This document shows, in pieces, positions 1 through 12,310 of a stretch of DNA of 56,594 nt. The position numbers and the translations under genes were made by a program. The number at the start of each line of letters is the position of its first letter. The first letter of the stretch is position 1. The DNA lies in assembly GCA_009602735.1 (NCBI GenBank), contig WELA01002119.1, positions 470,965 through 527,558 of the forward strand, given 5' to 3'. The notes beneath the pieces are model-generated. The model did not search any database, was not told the origin of the DNA, and saw nothing but the letters and a program-made list of their open reading frames with translations. The stretch comes from Mesotaenium endlicherianum (Eukaryota).

Positions 1-318
1 CCCCCTTTCTATATTTCATGGGGCCTACTTTCTGTCCCCGTTGCTTTTGATGAGCTGCCGGAGCCAGAGGTATTACACCCCCTCCCCCAGAAGTGATGCA
101 CCCTCTCGCTTTAAATCATGCCCTCCCCCAACCCCCACCTTTTCCTGACATCTTGGCTAAGGCCCGCCTGCATGAGACAGAGAGACGTTCATCCGGAACC
201 TTATTGCCGTTCTGCGGATCAAAAGTTGACCAGGCTTGCCGGGCGGGGTCGGAATCGGGGTTGGCGTTTGGGGTGGGTGTTTTTTGGGGGGGGGGGTTGC
301 ACGCGAGCGAACGAGCAG

Positions 319-3300
319 GATCTGGCGAACCTGGGCACCATTGTGGAGTGGGTGGCGTGGGCGGAGCCCGAGTACAACTTCCGGCCCGTGCTTGACGAGT
401 GGGCCTCCGAGGTCCCCAAGGAGCTCAACTTTGTCACCGAAGCCGGTCCGTTGTGTTGCCCTGCCCTGCCCCGCCCCGCCTTGCATCCCTCTCCTGCTTC
501 CTCGTTGTTGCATCCGTGCCGGTGCCGGTGCCTGTGCCGGTGCCGGTGCCGGTGCCCTCCATACCCCCCTGTGTACCCTCTTGCCTGTCTGTTCTCCCTC
601 TCCTTCTCCCTGTCCCTCTGCCTCTGCCTCTGCCTCTGCCTCTGCCTCTGCCTCTGCCTGAACGTGTGCCAGTCCCTGTGCCTCTGCCGGTGCCAGTGCC
701 TCTGTGTCACTCTCTCCTCATCTTCTTCCTGTTTGCTCCTCCCCTTCTGCTCCCTTCCTTTCTTTTGGAGCAAGCGCATGGCCTAATGGAACCCATTGAC
801 ACCGTGTGCAATGACGCAGTGAAGGCAGAACACTCTTTTGGAAAAGCAGCTTACTGAGGCGAACCACCTCTCTGCCTCTTCATCTCTCTTACAGTCGCTC
901 TTCGATCCCGTCCCTCCCTCGCCCTCTCGCCCTCGCTCTCGTCCATGCTCGCGTTCTCGCTCTCATCTGCGATCTTGCTCTTGTGCTGCCATGTGGCCCT
1001 CTTCTTTAGGGTTTGGCTTAATGTGGGGCTTGCATTCAAGGTTAGGCTTACTTAGAGTTGGCCTTTGTTAGAGTCTCGCGTGTACTTAGGGTTAGTCTCA
1101 GTTTGGGTAGGGTTGGGCTTGCTGGTAAACTTCTATTAGGGGTTTGCGATCATGTAGGGGTTTGCGTTTTCTCTCAGGGTCAGTATCGAGTTCCAGGTCA
1201 GGCGTAGGGTGGGGGACTGCTTCTTGGTCGGTTTGGTTAGGGTTTAGTGGGCGGGTCCTTGGGCCAAGTTCCCTATGAGTGCCACTGCTCAAGGCCAGGC
1301 TGAGGAGAGGGCCGGGGCCAGGTGACGTATGAGCAGCAGGGTCATCAGCAACCTAAGACTCCTTGGGGTTTCCCTCACAGGGGGAGGGGGGGGGGGGTAT
1401 AAACAGGAGACCCTGCGTGCTGCTTGTCGCTGCCCCATCCCGCTTCTCCGCAAAGCCTCCTCTCTTAGCTGCATCGACTTGCTGGGCACACTTCTCGCAT
1501 TCGAAGACACCGCGGCCCCTGGCAGAGCCTAAAGTGGGCTGGCTGGCCTGGCCCTTTGCTTGGTGCTACTTTCTTGCCCCTGCTGCCACCTGGCCGGCCT
1601 GGCCTGGCCTGGCCTGGCCTTGCCTGCTCTCCTCCTGGCTTCTGTGTGGAGCTGTGGACGTAGAGGTGTGGGCGCGAGTGGCTCCAGGGTGTGACTCTGG
1701 GTGTGGGTGTGCGGTGGTGGTGTTGATGCGTGGGTGTGCATGTGGGTGTGCGTGTGGATTCTCTGGGGGGCGGCGGTCTGCAGAGAACACGCGCGCAGTG
1801 GCGGCCAATCTAGACTACAGCAGCAGCAGCAGCACAAAGAAAGCAGATGCGTTCACGCGCGTCGATGTGCTGCTGCCCTCTGTCCTCCAGGTGTGCCGCC
1901 TCCTCCTCCTCCTCCTGCAGCAGCAGCAGCAGCAGCACCAGCTGTGCCATCTCCTTGTGTTCCGGGCCGCCGCTATTTGCCCTTCCCCCTGTCTGCAGCA
2001 GGCTGCCTGTCCGCCTGCTCCATCTGTAAGACCTGTTGGAAATTTTGGGGAAATAAAGAGGGAAGTGAAAGCATCTTCGGTGAGGCGAGGATGAAAACGA
2101 GAGGGGTGAAGGCATCAAGGGTTATGCTTGTGCTGGCTGAGTGCGTACACGCGGCTGAAGGCTCGCACCGGGTTGTTCCGTCGTGGGTGTGTTATTCTCA
2201 ACGCCCTCTTGCTCTTTCTCTGTTGGGAGTGAATGAATGGGAATGTGTGCCTCTTGTGCGTGACGGTGTGCGCACAAGTGTGCGTGTGCGTACTTGCGTG
2301 CGTGTGTGTGTATGTGTATGCGTGTGTGTGCGCGCGCGTGCGCACGTGCCTCTGCCTGCCCGGGCATCATCACCATCGTGGGCCCACACAGTCCCTGCGT
2401 GCTGAGTGCATGCGCAGGCGACAGAGCGGGTGCTGGTGATGACGTACATGGACGGCGTGCGGCTGGGCGACATCGCGGGGCTGGACGGGCTGGGCGTGGA
2501 TAAGCACGAGCTGGTGGAGAGCATCACGCGCGCCTACGCGCACCAGATCTACGTCGACGCCTTCTTCAACGCCGACCCCCATCCTGGTACGGTTTCCGCA
2601 GCTCTCTCTCTCTCTCTCTCCCTCTCTCTCGCTCTCTCTCTCCCTCCCTCCCTCTCTCACCCTCTCTGTCCTGTTACACGCCCGTGCTCGCCTCGGACGC
2701 TCGGGTGTGCGCCATCTGTTGCGCCGCCTGGCTCTCCGCAATGCACGCTCTGCCCTCCTCCATCGTCTCTCACCCTGGCAGTTTCTGATTGCCTGCCACC
2801 TGCCACGCCAGCCTTTTGATACGGGGGGTGAAGTGGCCGAAGGGTCAGAGGGCACACTGGCTGAAGCTGGCCCCCAGGGGCCTGCTGGGCTGGGGGGCCG
2901 CGCGCTGCGCTGATGCCGGTTAGCACTAACCCCGTGCTTGCTCTCTGCAGCTCTCTTAGGGCGTGAGCTGTCTGGGCGCACCCCTCCATCACAGTGCCTC
3001 GGGGTCTGGGATTGCTCCGCTCACAAGATTCACACCATCTCCAGAGTATGGATGTTAATAGCTGGGCATGTCAGTGCGAGCATGAGTGCTATAGCATGTC
3101 CATCCGTCCCTGGCATGTGTACCGAGAGAGAGCGAGAAATAGTAACTTGAATGGTTGTTTGCATGAGAGTGACCCAGACCTGCGGGACCTTGGTTTTGGG
3201 GGGGGGGGGGGGGNNNNNNNNNNNNNNNNNNNNNNNNNNNNNNNNNNNNNNNNNNNNNNNNNNNNNNNNNNNNNNNNNNNNNNNNNNNNNNNNNNNNNNN

Positions 3301-6300
3301 NNNNNNNNNNNNNNNNNNNNNNNNNNNNNNNNNNNNNNNNNNNNNNNNNNNNNNNNNNNNNNNNNNNNNNNNNNNNNNNNNNNNNNNNNNNNNNNNNNNN
3401 NNNNNNNNNNNNNNNNNNNNNNNNNNNNNNNNNNNNNNNNNNNNNNNNNNNNNNNNNNNNNNNNNNNNNNNNNCCCCCAATTCCCCCTTGACTATCTTCA
3501 ATGGAATCTACTTCTTGTTCTTCTGTGCCGCGAGCGAGCATGGTGTCTGAGGATACGCAGTGATATTTCTTCATGGCTCTAGGGTAGGGAGAGCAGGGTC
3601 TGTTTGTGCCTGTAGGATGCTCTCTTCATCCCGTTTGATTTTCTGAAAAGGACCTGGTAGCTCAAGAGGAGCAGCTGCGGGCTAGCCACCTGTATCACCC
3701 TCCTCCCATTCGGCCCCTTGTCATAGTGCCTGGCAGGCGCCTCCTACTTTTCCCCCCCACCTGCCCTCTTTAAGGGTCCCCCCCCCNNNNNNNNNNNNNN
3801 NNNNNNNNNNNNNNNNNNNNNCCCCCCCCCAACTTCCCCTGGGGAAACGATGCGGTGGCACTAGAGCCCTTTGAACGCGCGAGTGCGCCCCGATCTGATG
3901 CCGACCGTCAATCAATGCGATCGTGTGATTGTACGTGTGTGTGTATGCGCATGTGTGTGTGTTCGTGTGTATGTGTCTGTGTGCGTGTGTGGGCGCGTGT
4001 GTGTGTGCGTGTGCGTGGAGCTGGAGCACCGTCCAGAGCGACTACGCCATGCTGCTGAGCTCGTTTGCAGAGATGGGGCTGCGGCTGCGCATGGACATGC
4101 CGGACGACGCCATGGCCGTCACCTCCTTCTTCTTCCGCCGCGCTGCGCCCCCCAAGGAGTCCATTGTACGCCCTTCCCCCCTCTCTCCTTCCCTCCCTCC
4201 CCTTTGCCCTCCCACCCAGCTGCTCCGAAATTCTCATCAGCAACTCACTAGGCTAGGCTAGGCTAGGATAAGCTCTTTTAGATTGCAGTGCGCACGCGCG
4301 CGCACGCGAGCTTTTCCGTGAGGCCATGTCCTTGCGCGCGCTTGCGCATATGTGCGCTAATGCGTGTGTGTGCCGTTTGCGTGACGGCGTGCGTGTCCTC
4401 GTGCGTGTGCGTGCGTTCTGCGTGCGTGCATGCGTGCGTGTGCGTGTGCGTGTGCGTGTGCATGTGTGTGGGTGGTGCAAACGGGCAGGAAGAGACGCGG
4501 GCGCACTTCAAGGAGAGGGAGGAGCGGCGCAAGGAGCTGGAGGAGCAGGCCAAGGAGGAGTCCGGCGAAAAGAGCCTCCGCCGCAACCCGGTGCGTGTTC
4601 CCTTCACTCCCCTCCCAACTCTCTCCCCTGCCCAGGCTCTCCCCGGTGGTGCTCATCCACAACCTCCTGCCCTCATATGTATGCCCCCTGCTCCTCTCTC
4701 GCCCGGGCTCCTTGTCCCCCTCTTTTGCCCCACTTCTTTTCCCAATCCCACCTGCACTCTCTTTGCTCCACTCTCGCCCGCGCTCTCTTGCACACTCTTG
4801 CCTGCACTCTCAGTCCCTCCCTAACTGGCACTCTGTCTTGTCCCCCGCTGGCTTCTTCCGCCTTCTCTCCCACTCTTACCCTCCAGAAGCAGCCAAGCCG
4901 GGGTTGACACGGGGTTCTTCGCTTTCTGGGAGTGCGTGGGAGAAGCAAGCTCAAGTAGGAGATGGCGGAGGAAGGGACTCATCAGGCATCAGTAGAGGAC
5001 AAATTCTGAGAATCGCCTCACTAGAGGCCAAAAGAGGGTCATTAGAGGACAAAGAAAGCAGAGTGTGCCGCACGAGAGCACGGAGGCGGAGTTTGTTGCG
5101 GTCTGTGCTGGCGAGGGCTGCAGGTTACAGGTGTCAACTCATCGCTGCCCATGGGCTGTTTGTGGGGGCACGGGGGGAGACTTGCAGCCTGTCTTTGCCC
5201 CCTGCGTCATCGAGTTTGTTTCTCCTTGCTGTCGTGGGACGTGCTGCGGCCTTCTTCTGAAGAGCAGAGACGGCGGCAAAAGGCTTGCGGGCGGATGCAT
5301 CTCCACCTCGACCTCTCGACGGCGTTCCGTTTGATTTTGATGTCATTGTGTCTGTTGGTACAGGCCATCCGGAGATGCAACTGCGGCGGTTGCCTTCGAG
5401 TCATTGAGTGCTTGAGATCTGACATCTAGCCTTTTGTTTGGTTAATATTGTGCTGCATGCGTAAAGTGGGGGGAGTTTGCAGGGCCAAGGCAACCTTGGG
5501 TGGGGTCGGGCAATTAGCAGGGGCACGTCTGACGATGTGCGATGCGTGGTGTGGGTGCTGTGGCGGGGGGGTGGCACATGTGAGACCTGGTGCAGGTGGA
5601 CGCGTTTCCGGGGGAGCTCGTCTTCTTCATGCGCGTGCTCAATCTGCTGCGAGGTCTCCCCGTCCCCCCTCCCTCCCTCCCTCCCTCCCCCTATCCCTCT
5701 CTTTCTCCCGTCCCTGCACACGGCACGGCTCCAGCCCTTGCTTTTCTGCATGGCAATATGAACTCACCTGCACCTTGTGTCCTGCAGCAGGACCCCATGA
5801 GCGCATGGTGCAATCTTTCTCTCGCACGCACGCGTGCGCGTGCACACTCACCACCCCCCCTCAGATGCCTTGCAGTCGGAGAGCTGCACGTGGCTGCAGC
5901 ACACCTGCCCCATTGAGACAAGCCCTGTGTCATGTGAACGCGCGCCAGCGAACAGCAGAGCGGCATCTCTGAGCCCGGGTCTGCTGCTGCTGCCCACTGG
6001 GGGTAGACTTTTGCTGCCGCTGCTGCTTGCCCGCTGCCAGTCACGGGCCAGCTGTATTGCTCACCAGCTTGACAGCTGGCTTGTGAGTATAACATAAATG
6101 TCAAGACTTGGAACTTTTCAATATGACACTAAGAGGGGAGTGGGGCTGTTGCTACATGCGCTGGCTGGGCTGATCTCAGCGTGTGCTGCGAGGGCCGAGT
6201 GGCGCAGCATAGAGTTGCAATTGAGCGCACTGCTGACAGCTGGCACAGGGGTGTGGGTGGGTGCATGGCGGCGTGCCACGTGGCGGCAGGCGTGTCGTCA

Positions 6301-6553
6301 ATGCTGGGCGCGCGTGTCGCCTACCTGGACGTCATGCGGCCGTTTGCTGAGGCTATCCTCTCCAGGCACGTGTCGACCTGCCCTGTTTGTGGTTCCCCCC
6401 TTCACTTGGGCCCCTCCCCCCTCTCATGCGATACCCTGTCACGGTGCGCACACACGCACGCATGCACACATATACAAGCAGAGCCTGAAGGCTTGCACGT
6501 GCGGGCACAGGGCCAGGCACGATGTTTTAGAAAACGCACACACACACACACAC

Positions 6554-6584
<31 letters not shown>

Positions 6585-9500
6585 TGCATGCACACACACA
6601 TGTCTGTCTTTGCGTGCGCTTTTTTGCTGTTTGAGTGCTGCCTGCTGCTCTTTCTTAACATGTTTGTTACATGTAGGGCCTGGCTTAGGGTTTGGGCGAA
6701 GACTTGGGACTTCTCACTTGTTGTTGATCACGAGTCCAGCCTCCCTTTCGCTGCACTCGCAGTCTCTCTTTGATCTCTGAAGAGGTGGAGACAAAGTTGT
6801 GCTCTTACCTATGCTCATATCGCCTGAGTGGAGAATTCTCACGCGTTTGTTGCCCCAGAAGATCGAAGGGGAAGTGAGGGGATAACATGAGCGAGACTCT
6901 ACATGCTTACTCATCAGCAGTTAACTTATCGCTTTCACCTTTTTTAGTGCTATATCTGAAAGCTTTGCTAATGTTTATCCTGAACTAACTATCCAGAATA
7001 CGTGCGCGGGCCTCTCTTTACGCGGGGAACAGCGCGCACGTGCTGGCAGACAGCCGGCACCTGAGCTCGGAGGGGTGGGTGCGCGATTCGCCCCTGCTGG
7101 GCCCTCTGGACGCCAAGGTGCGTGCGCTCCTGGTGGACCTCGGGCGGCGCGGCAAGATGCTGGGCATGCAGGTGGGTGCCCCCCCCCCTTCCCCCTCCCA
7201 TCCCCTCTCTTCTCCTCCTCTGTGTATTACGTCTCTCTCCCTCTTGCTCCCTCTCGCTCCCTCGCACTCACACGTTCATGCGAACACGCACACATACTTG
7301 CTCTTGCAAGGGCAGGGCAAGCTCGCTCGTCCTTGTATAGTGTGTTGCAATGTCGTGATACTCGCAGTGGGGGCACGTGCACGTGGAGTTCACGAAGGTG
7401 CGCACGCACGCATCGGGCTACAGTGCGCGGGCTAAAGCGCTAACTTGGTGCTCCACTTCTTGTACAGTCTGGCACCCCACGGCCGCGACAGCAACGGCAA
7501 ATGCCAGGACGTGGGCACCTTTTCTCCTTGCGGTTCGTGCCGTCGTCGCGCAGTGCAGCCAGAGGATCATCACAGATCTATTCGAGCGCCTCTATCTCTC
7601 TCTTAGCATGTGCACCCGGCCTTTGAAGACACCAGATCTTGAGCTTTTGGTTGTTGGCACAATCCTGCCACGTGTACTCCCATCATACTTCATGCGGGCC
7701 ACACGCATGTACCCAAAGGCTTCTCCTCCTCCTGGTTACGGCTGGGATCCCCTCCATCTGCTGGCTGCTGCAGCAACAGCACAATGGGCGCCCAGACGCC
7801 CTTGGCCAGAAGCAAGTTACGAGAGAGTCAGCGACAACTTACCAGGGGTGCACAAAAAAAGAATTGGTGGAGAGGTGCAGGGAAGCCAGAGAACACCCGG
7901 GAAGTTGCCCATGTGTCGTGTGGCAGTGCATCTATGCATGTGCAAGTCGTACGTGCATAAGCGTGTGTGCGTGTGTGCGTGTGTGTGCGTGTGTGTGCCT
8001 GCAGGTGTGTGCGTACAAGGACGGGCGGGTGGTGGTGGACGTGGCGGCGGGCGTGATGGGCAAGTACGACCCGCGCCCGGTGCAGCACTCCTCGCTCTTC
8101 TCCGTCTTCTCGGCCACCAAGGGCGTGGCCGCCGCCCTCGTGCACTGGCTCATTGCTCGCAGGTGCACCATACTGCCCCTGCTTCTGCTGTTAAGAATGT
8201 CGAATCTTGTGCTTGCCCTTTGTGACAAGCAGCACGTAAGAGGGGGGGCAGCCCCATTCATGCGGAGTATGTCCGCCTAGCGCCCGCCGTTGCCACGCGC
8301 CCTCTGCGAGTGCAAATGCGCGTGTAGGCAGAAGTGAAGACTAGGTCTGTGCGTGCGTGCTTGTGTGTGTGTGTGTGTGTGTGTGCATGTGTGTGTGTGT
8401 GCGCACGTCTGTGTATGTTGCCTATGTCTGCCTCGATGTGTAATGTGTGTGTGTGCGTGCGCACGTGTGTATGTGTATGCGTGTGTGCATGAGTGCGTGT
8501 GACATGCAGGAAGGTGGAGCTCACGGCGCCTGTGGCGTCCGTGTGGCCTGCATTTGGCACCAACGGAAAGGCTGCCTGCACTGTGAGTCCATTTTCTCTT
8601 CCTCTCCTCCTCTCTCCTTTGTGCTGCCTGTTGGGAGCACCCCCCCCCNNNNNNNNNNNNNNNNNNNNNNNNNNNNNNNNTCCTCCCGGGCCCCCCCTCC
8701 CGGGCCCCCCCTCTCCCCTCCCTCACGTTGCCGCCCTTTCACCATCCCTGCGCTTCCTGCCAGGGAAGTGAGCGTTGTTCGCTGCAAGTACATATTGGAA
8801 CCAGTAGTTGCCAGCTGGCTGTTGCGAGAAGCTCAGGCGCTAAGATGGCAGCGCCTGAGCCCCGTGTGTGTTCGTGTGGCGTGCTTGCGCGGGAGCGTTC
8901 ACGCGTGCTTGCGTGCGTGCCCAACAGGTGGCGCACGTGCTGACGCACACGGCGGGCCTGGAGAACGCGCTGGCAGCGGAGCTGCTGCCACAGCCCATGA
9001 AGATGTGCAACTGGGCCGACATGCTGGCCAGGCTGGCGGCCGCCACGCCCGCGAGCGCGCCGGGCGAGAAGGAGGCCTACCACTACCTCACGTTTGGCTG
9101 GCTCACGGGCGGCATCGTCGAGGTGCGCTTCTGCTCCTGCTGCACTTTGAGATGGTGTGCGGTCCCGGCCCGCTAGGGGAAGCAGGTGACGAGTGGGGAC
9201 TTGCCTGAGCTGTTTTCCATCCTGCATCTTTCTCACCACAGGGATGCTCACACAGGGTGCTTGGTGCATCTTGCTGACATGTGCGAATGGGGGATTTTAT
9301 TGGATGTCGGGCAGGGTGCAACAGGGCAGCCGTTCCAGCAGGTGCTGCAGGAGGCCTTCATCCGGCCCCTGGGGGTCGACGGGGAATTTTACATAGGCAT
9401 TCCCTCGGGTAAGCGCACGCGCGCACTCACGCACTCCCTCTCTCCCTCTTCCTCCCCCGATCTCCCTCCCTTGTCCTCTCCGTTTCTCTCTCCTCTTCTC

Positions 9501-11410
9501 CCTCCCTTTCTCCCCTTGTTTTCTACCCCCCTCTCTCCCGTATGCACAAAATGCCAACAGTATCCAGGAGGCCAGCAAGAGAGAGCCTTTTCGTCCCCCT
9601 CCTCCTCCTGCAGCTTCTGCTGCTGCCCTGCTGCTGCTGCCCTTGTTCTGCTGGTGCTGCTGGTGCTGGTGGTGGTTGCCACTGTCACATTCTAGCCTGA
9701 GTCTTTTGCTCGGTCACCTACGACGCTAAGGCTCCAATGGCTCCCTAGATGGATCCATCTGCCCCTTCTCCTAGGCGGTAGCAGACATAGCCTGGGCCCA
9801 GGGCGCGCGAATTTACCTTTGGAAGGGGGGGTTGAGGATGGGAGGGTGGGGCGAGGAGTGGAGGGTAAGATGGAGGCAGTTTCTTGGGCTCCGTGGAGAT
9901 GACGTACTAGAGATGCGTATGCCCTGCATCAAACACACCACAGGGTAGCAGAGGTTTGTAAAAGCACACGTGTGCGCGGGCGCGCTCGTGCGTGTGTCGA
10001 CCAGGAGCCTTCCTGCTAGATCTTTAATCTTCTGCACCCGCCTGGCGTGCTGGTGCCTGTCATCCTGCAGGGGTAGAGTCCCGGCTCGCCACGCTGGCGC
10101 TCGACCGCAAGGAACCGGCAGCGCTGCCGCAGGGCCAGGAGCAGGGCCAGGCCCAGCAGCTGCAGCAGGGTGCTGCCGCCCGTGCGCAGCAGCAGCAGCA
10201 CCACCACACGCCGTCCACGATCCAGGACGACGTCACCGACGAGTACGCGGAGCAGCACCCTTTCAACCCCCTGTCGCTTCCTCCCACCTCCTCCGCCTCC
10301 TCCTCCGCCGCCCCCCGCAGCGCCTCTGCTGCCGCTGCCGCTGCGGCCCATCTCCAGCAGAACGCTGGCAGGGCCAGAGCAGCAGCAGCAGCCGGAGCAG
10401 CGGAAGCAGCAGCATCTGGAGCAGCGGGAGCAGGGGCGGTGGCAGGTGGCAGCAGTGCCAGCGGCATCCCCAGCCCCGACCCCAACCCCAACTCGTTTCT
10501 GGACCTGGCGCAGTCGGCTTCAACGCTGCCGCTCATCTTCAACGCGCTTTTCATCCGCCGCGCCGTCATCCCCGCAGCCAACGGCCACTTCTCCGCGCGC
10601 GCGCTCGCGCGCTTCTACGCGGCGCTCGGCGCGGGGGGGGCCATCCCGTCCCTGCCGTCCTCGAGCGACCCGCCACTTGGCAGCACGGGGAGGCAGAAGC
10701 AGGAGGAGGACGAGCGGAGGAAGCGCGAGGACGAGGAGCATGCGGAGAAGCAACGGCAGAAGAAGGACAGGTGGAAGGTCTGGAAGCGCATCGGACCAGG
10801 TGGCAGCAGCAGGACGGGCCCATCCCCGGGGGGCTCCCCTGCCACCGCAGACCCCCAAGGGAGGACAACTAAGCCCCGAAGGGACGTCGCGTCGCCCAGC
10901 AGTGCGCCGGGCAGCGACGCCAGCAGGGCTCTCCTCGACGGCTACGTCGCCACGCCCGGCGCACGCGACCCTGCCGCCACGGCAGGTGGCGGCTCCTTGT
11001 TCCCCGGCTCCCCAAATCCGGCCCCCGGCTCCCCTCACATCATCGACGAGTTTGTGGGCGAGGGCGAGTTCCAGCACTTGTGCATGCCCGGGGACAAGTT
11101 CGGACTGGGCTTCCTCAAGTTCCCCTCTTCCGAGCAACCCCCCCGGAAGGGGGAGTCCTCCCTCTCCCCCTCCCCCTCCCCCTCCTCGCTCACGCTCACG
11201 CCCCTGCCCTCGCCGCCCTCGGCCAGCCGGCGGTGGCCGGCCTTCGGGCACACGGGCATGGGGGGGTCGGTGGGCTTCACGGACCCCGAGCACGGCTTTG
11301 CGATCGCCGTCACGCTCAACCAGCTGTCGGCGGAGAATGAGGCGGCAGCCGCTGTCGTGCGGCTTGTGTGCACGGAGCTGGGTGTGCCCGTGCCAGCTCG
11401 CTACGAGTGA
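319..11410 (+). CDS. ABC1K11: ABC1/UbiB atypical kinase fused to a serine beta-lactamase-like domain (plant ABC1K11-like); multi-exon, 5' end outside window, one exon probably hidden in the N gap
   Basis: Exons spliced by hand in phase: 319-445, 1784-1890, 2418-2586, [missing exon, probably in gap 3214-3473], 4037-4165, 4489-4590, 5596-5653, 6290-6365 (GC donor), 7054-7171, 8005-8162, 8510-8582, 8928-9122, 9315-9408, 10071-11410 (TGA). Motifs: ABC1 'ELNFVTEAENTR', 'VLVMTYMDG', 'FNADPHPG'; lactamase SxxK 'FSATKG', 'VLTHTAG', 'YHYLTFGW', 'FGHTGMGG'. Confidence 0.9.
516..700 (+). repeat. Intronic hexamer microsatellites (TGCCGG)n and (TGCCTC)n
   Basis: Directly visible tandem repeats; they generate the spurious CRCRC/CLCLC/VPVP/ASAS ORFs. 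Confidence 0.9.
3214..3473. other. Assembly gap probably containing the missing ABC1 kinase exon (GN..DFG)
   Basis: N-run flanked by a G-run on the left and a C-run on the right. The phase-1 donor at 2587 cannot join the phase-0 acceptor before 4037, and the DFG motif is not seen elsewhere. Confidence 0.7.
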
Positions 11411-12256
11411 AGAGCTAAGGGGCGGTAGCTTGCGGGCGGGCGGGCGGGCGTCGTTGCTCGGCTGCTGCTCGTGCAGTCTGCATGCAGTTGCCGATTGTAT
11501 AGGAGACGTAATTTGATTGATCGCGTAGTCATTGGTACAGTCTTGATTGTTCTCTTAGCGGTTCTTATGATATCGTAATTGTGTGTAGGCATTATTTTGA
11601 CATTCAATGGGGGATTCTGCAGCAGCAATTTTACCTCATATTTACTGATTTTAATCGTGGGAGACAAGCAAGCATTTTTTTTGTGCCGGGAAGTCAGATC
11701 ACTGCTCAATAGAGCTATCTTTCCAAGGGGAGGTCAACAGGACATTGAATGCAACAAGTCAAAGTCAACAAGGCGTTGTGCAAGGAATGTTTGATCTCAA
11801 CATTGTGAACATCAATTTTAGGGCAAAAGGGTCATAAACATTGACATGCAGTGAGGTGTGTATTGGCATTACTTTTGAACTGACAATGTTCGGATAGTCC
11901 TCCGAATATGCTGAAGCTTTGCTTAAACATTTTACGCCTGCTTATCTGCAACCACTCTTGCTGTATAACATATTTCATACAGTCCCCATCTGAAGCAGAA
12001 TCCTGCAGTTTGACAAACGCATGGCAATTATAATGTGATCCTGCGTTCCAACTTGGCCATCCCTAGCAAGGAGTTGCCCTTGTCTGCTCTGCTCGTGCTT
12101 GGGACTTACAGCACCCAGGAAGCTTCAAAGTGACTCTGACAAGCTGTCGTCACAAACATAAGGAGTGGCCACTTGACAAGCTTTTGAGGTTAAAAGCCAA
12201 GCAATACTCCACTCAGGAAGCATCAAATTCTTGATCAAACTGGCCCAATGCACTTA

Positions 12257-12261
12257 CGTGT

Positions 12262-12306
<45 letters not shown>

Positions 12307-12310
12307 CGCG
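12257..12310 (+). repeat. (GT)n microsatellite
   Basis: Directly visible. Confidence 0.9.

Noticed and set aside
8005..11410. Bacterial beta-lactamase, contamination or recent HGT
   Set aside because: Intron-split and spliced in frame to an ABC1 kinase, matching the known plant fusion gene.
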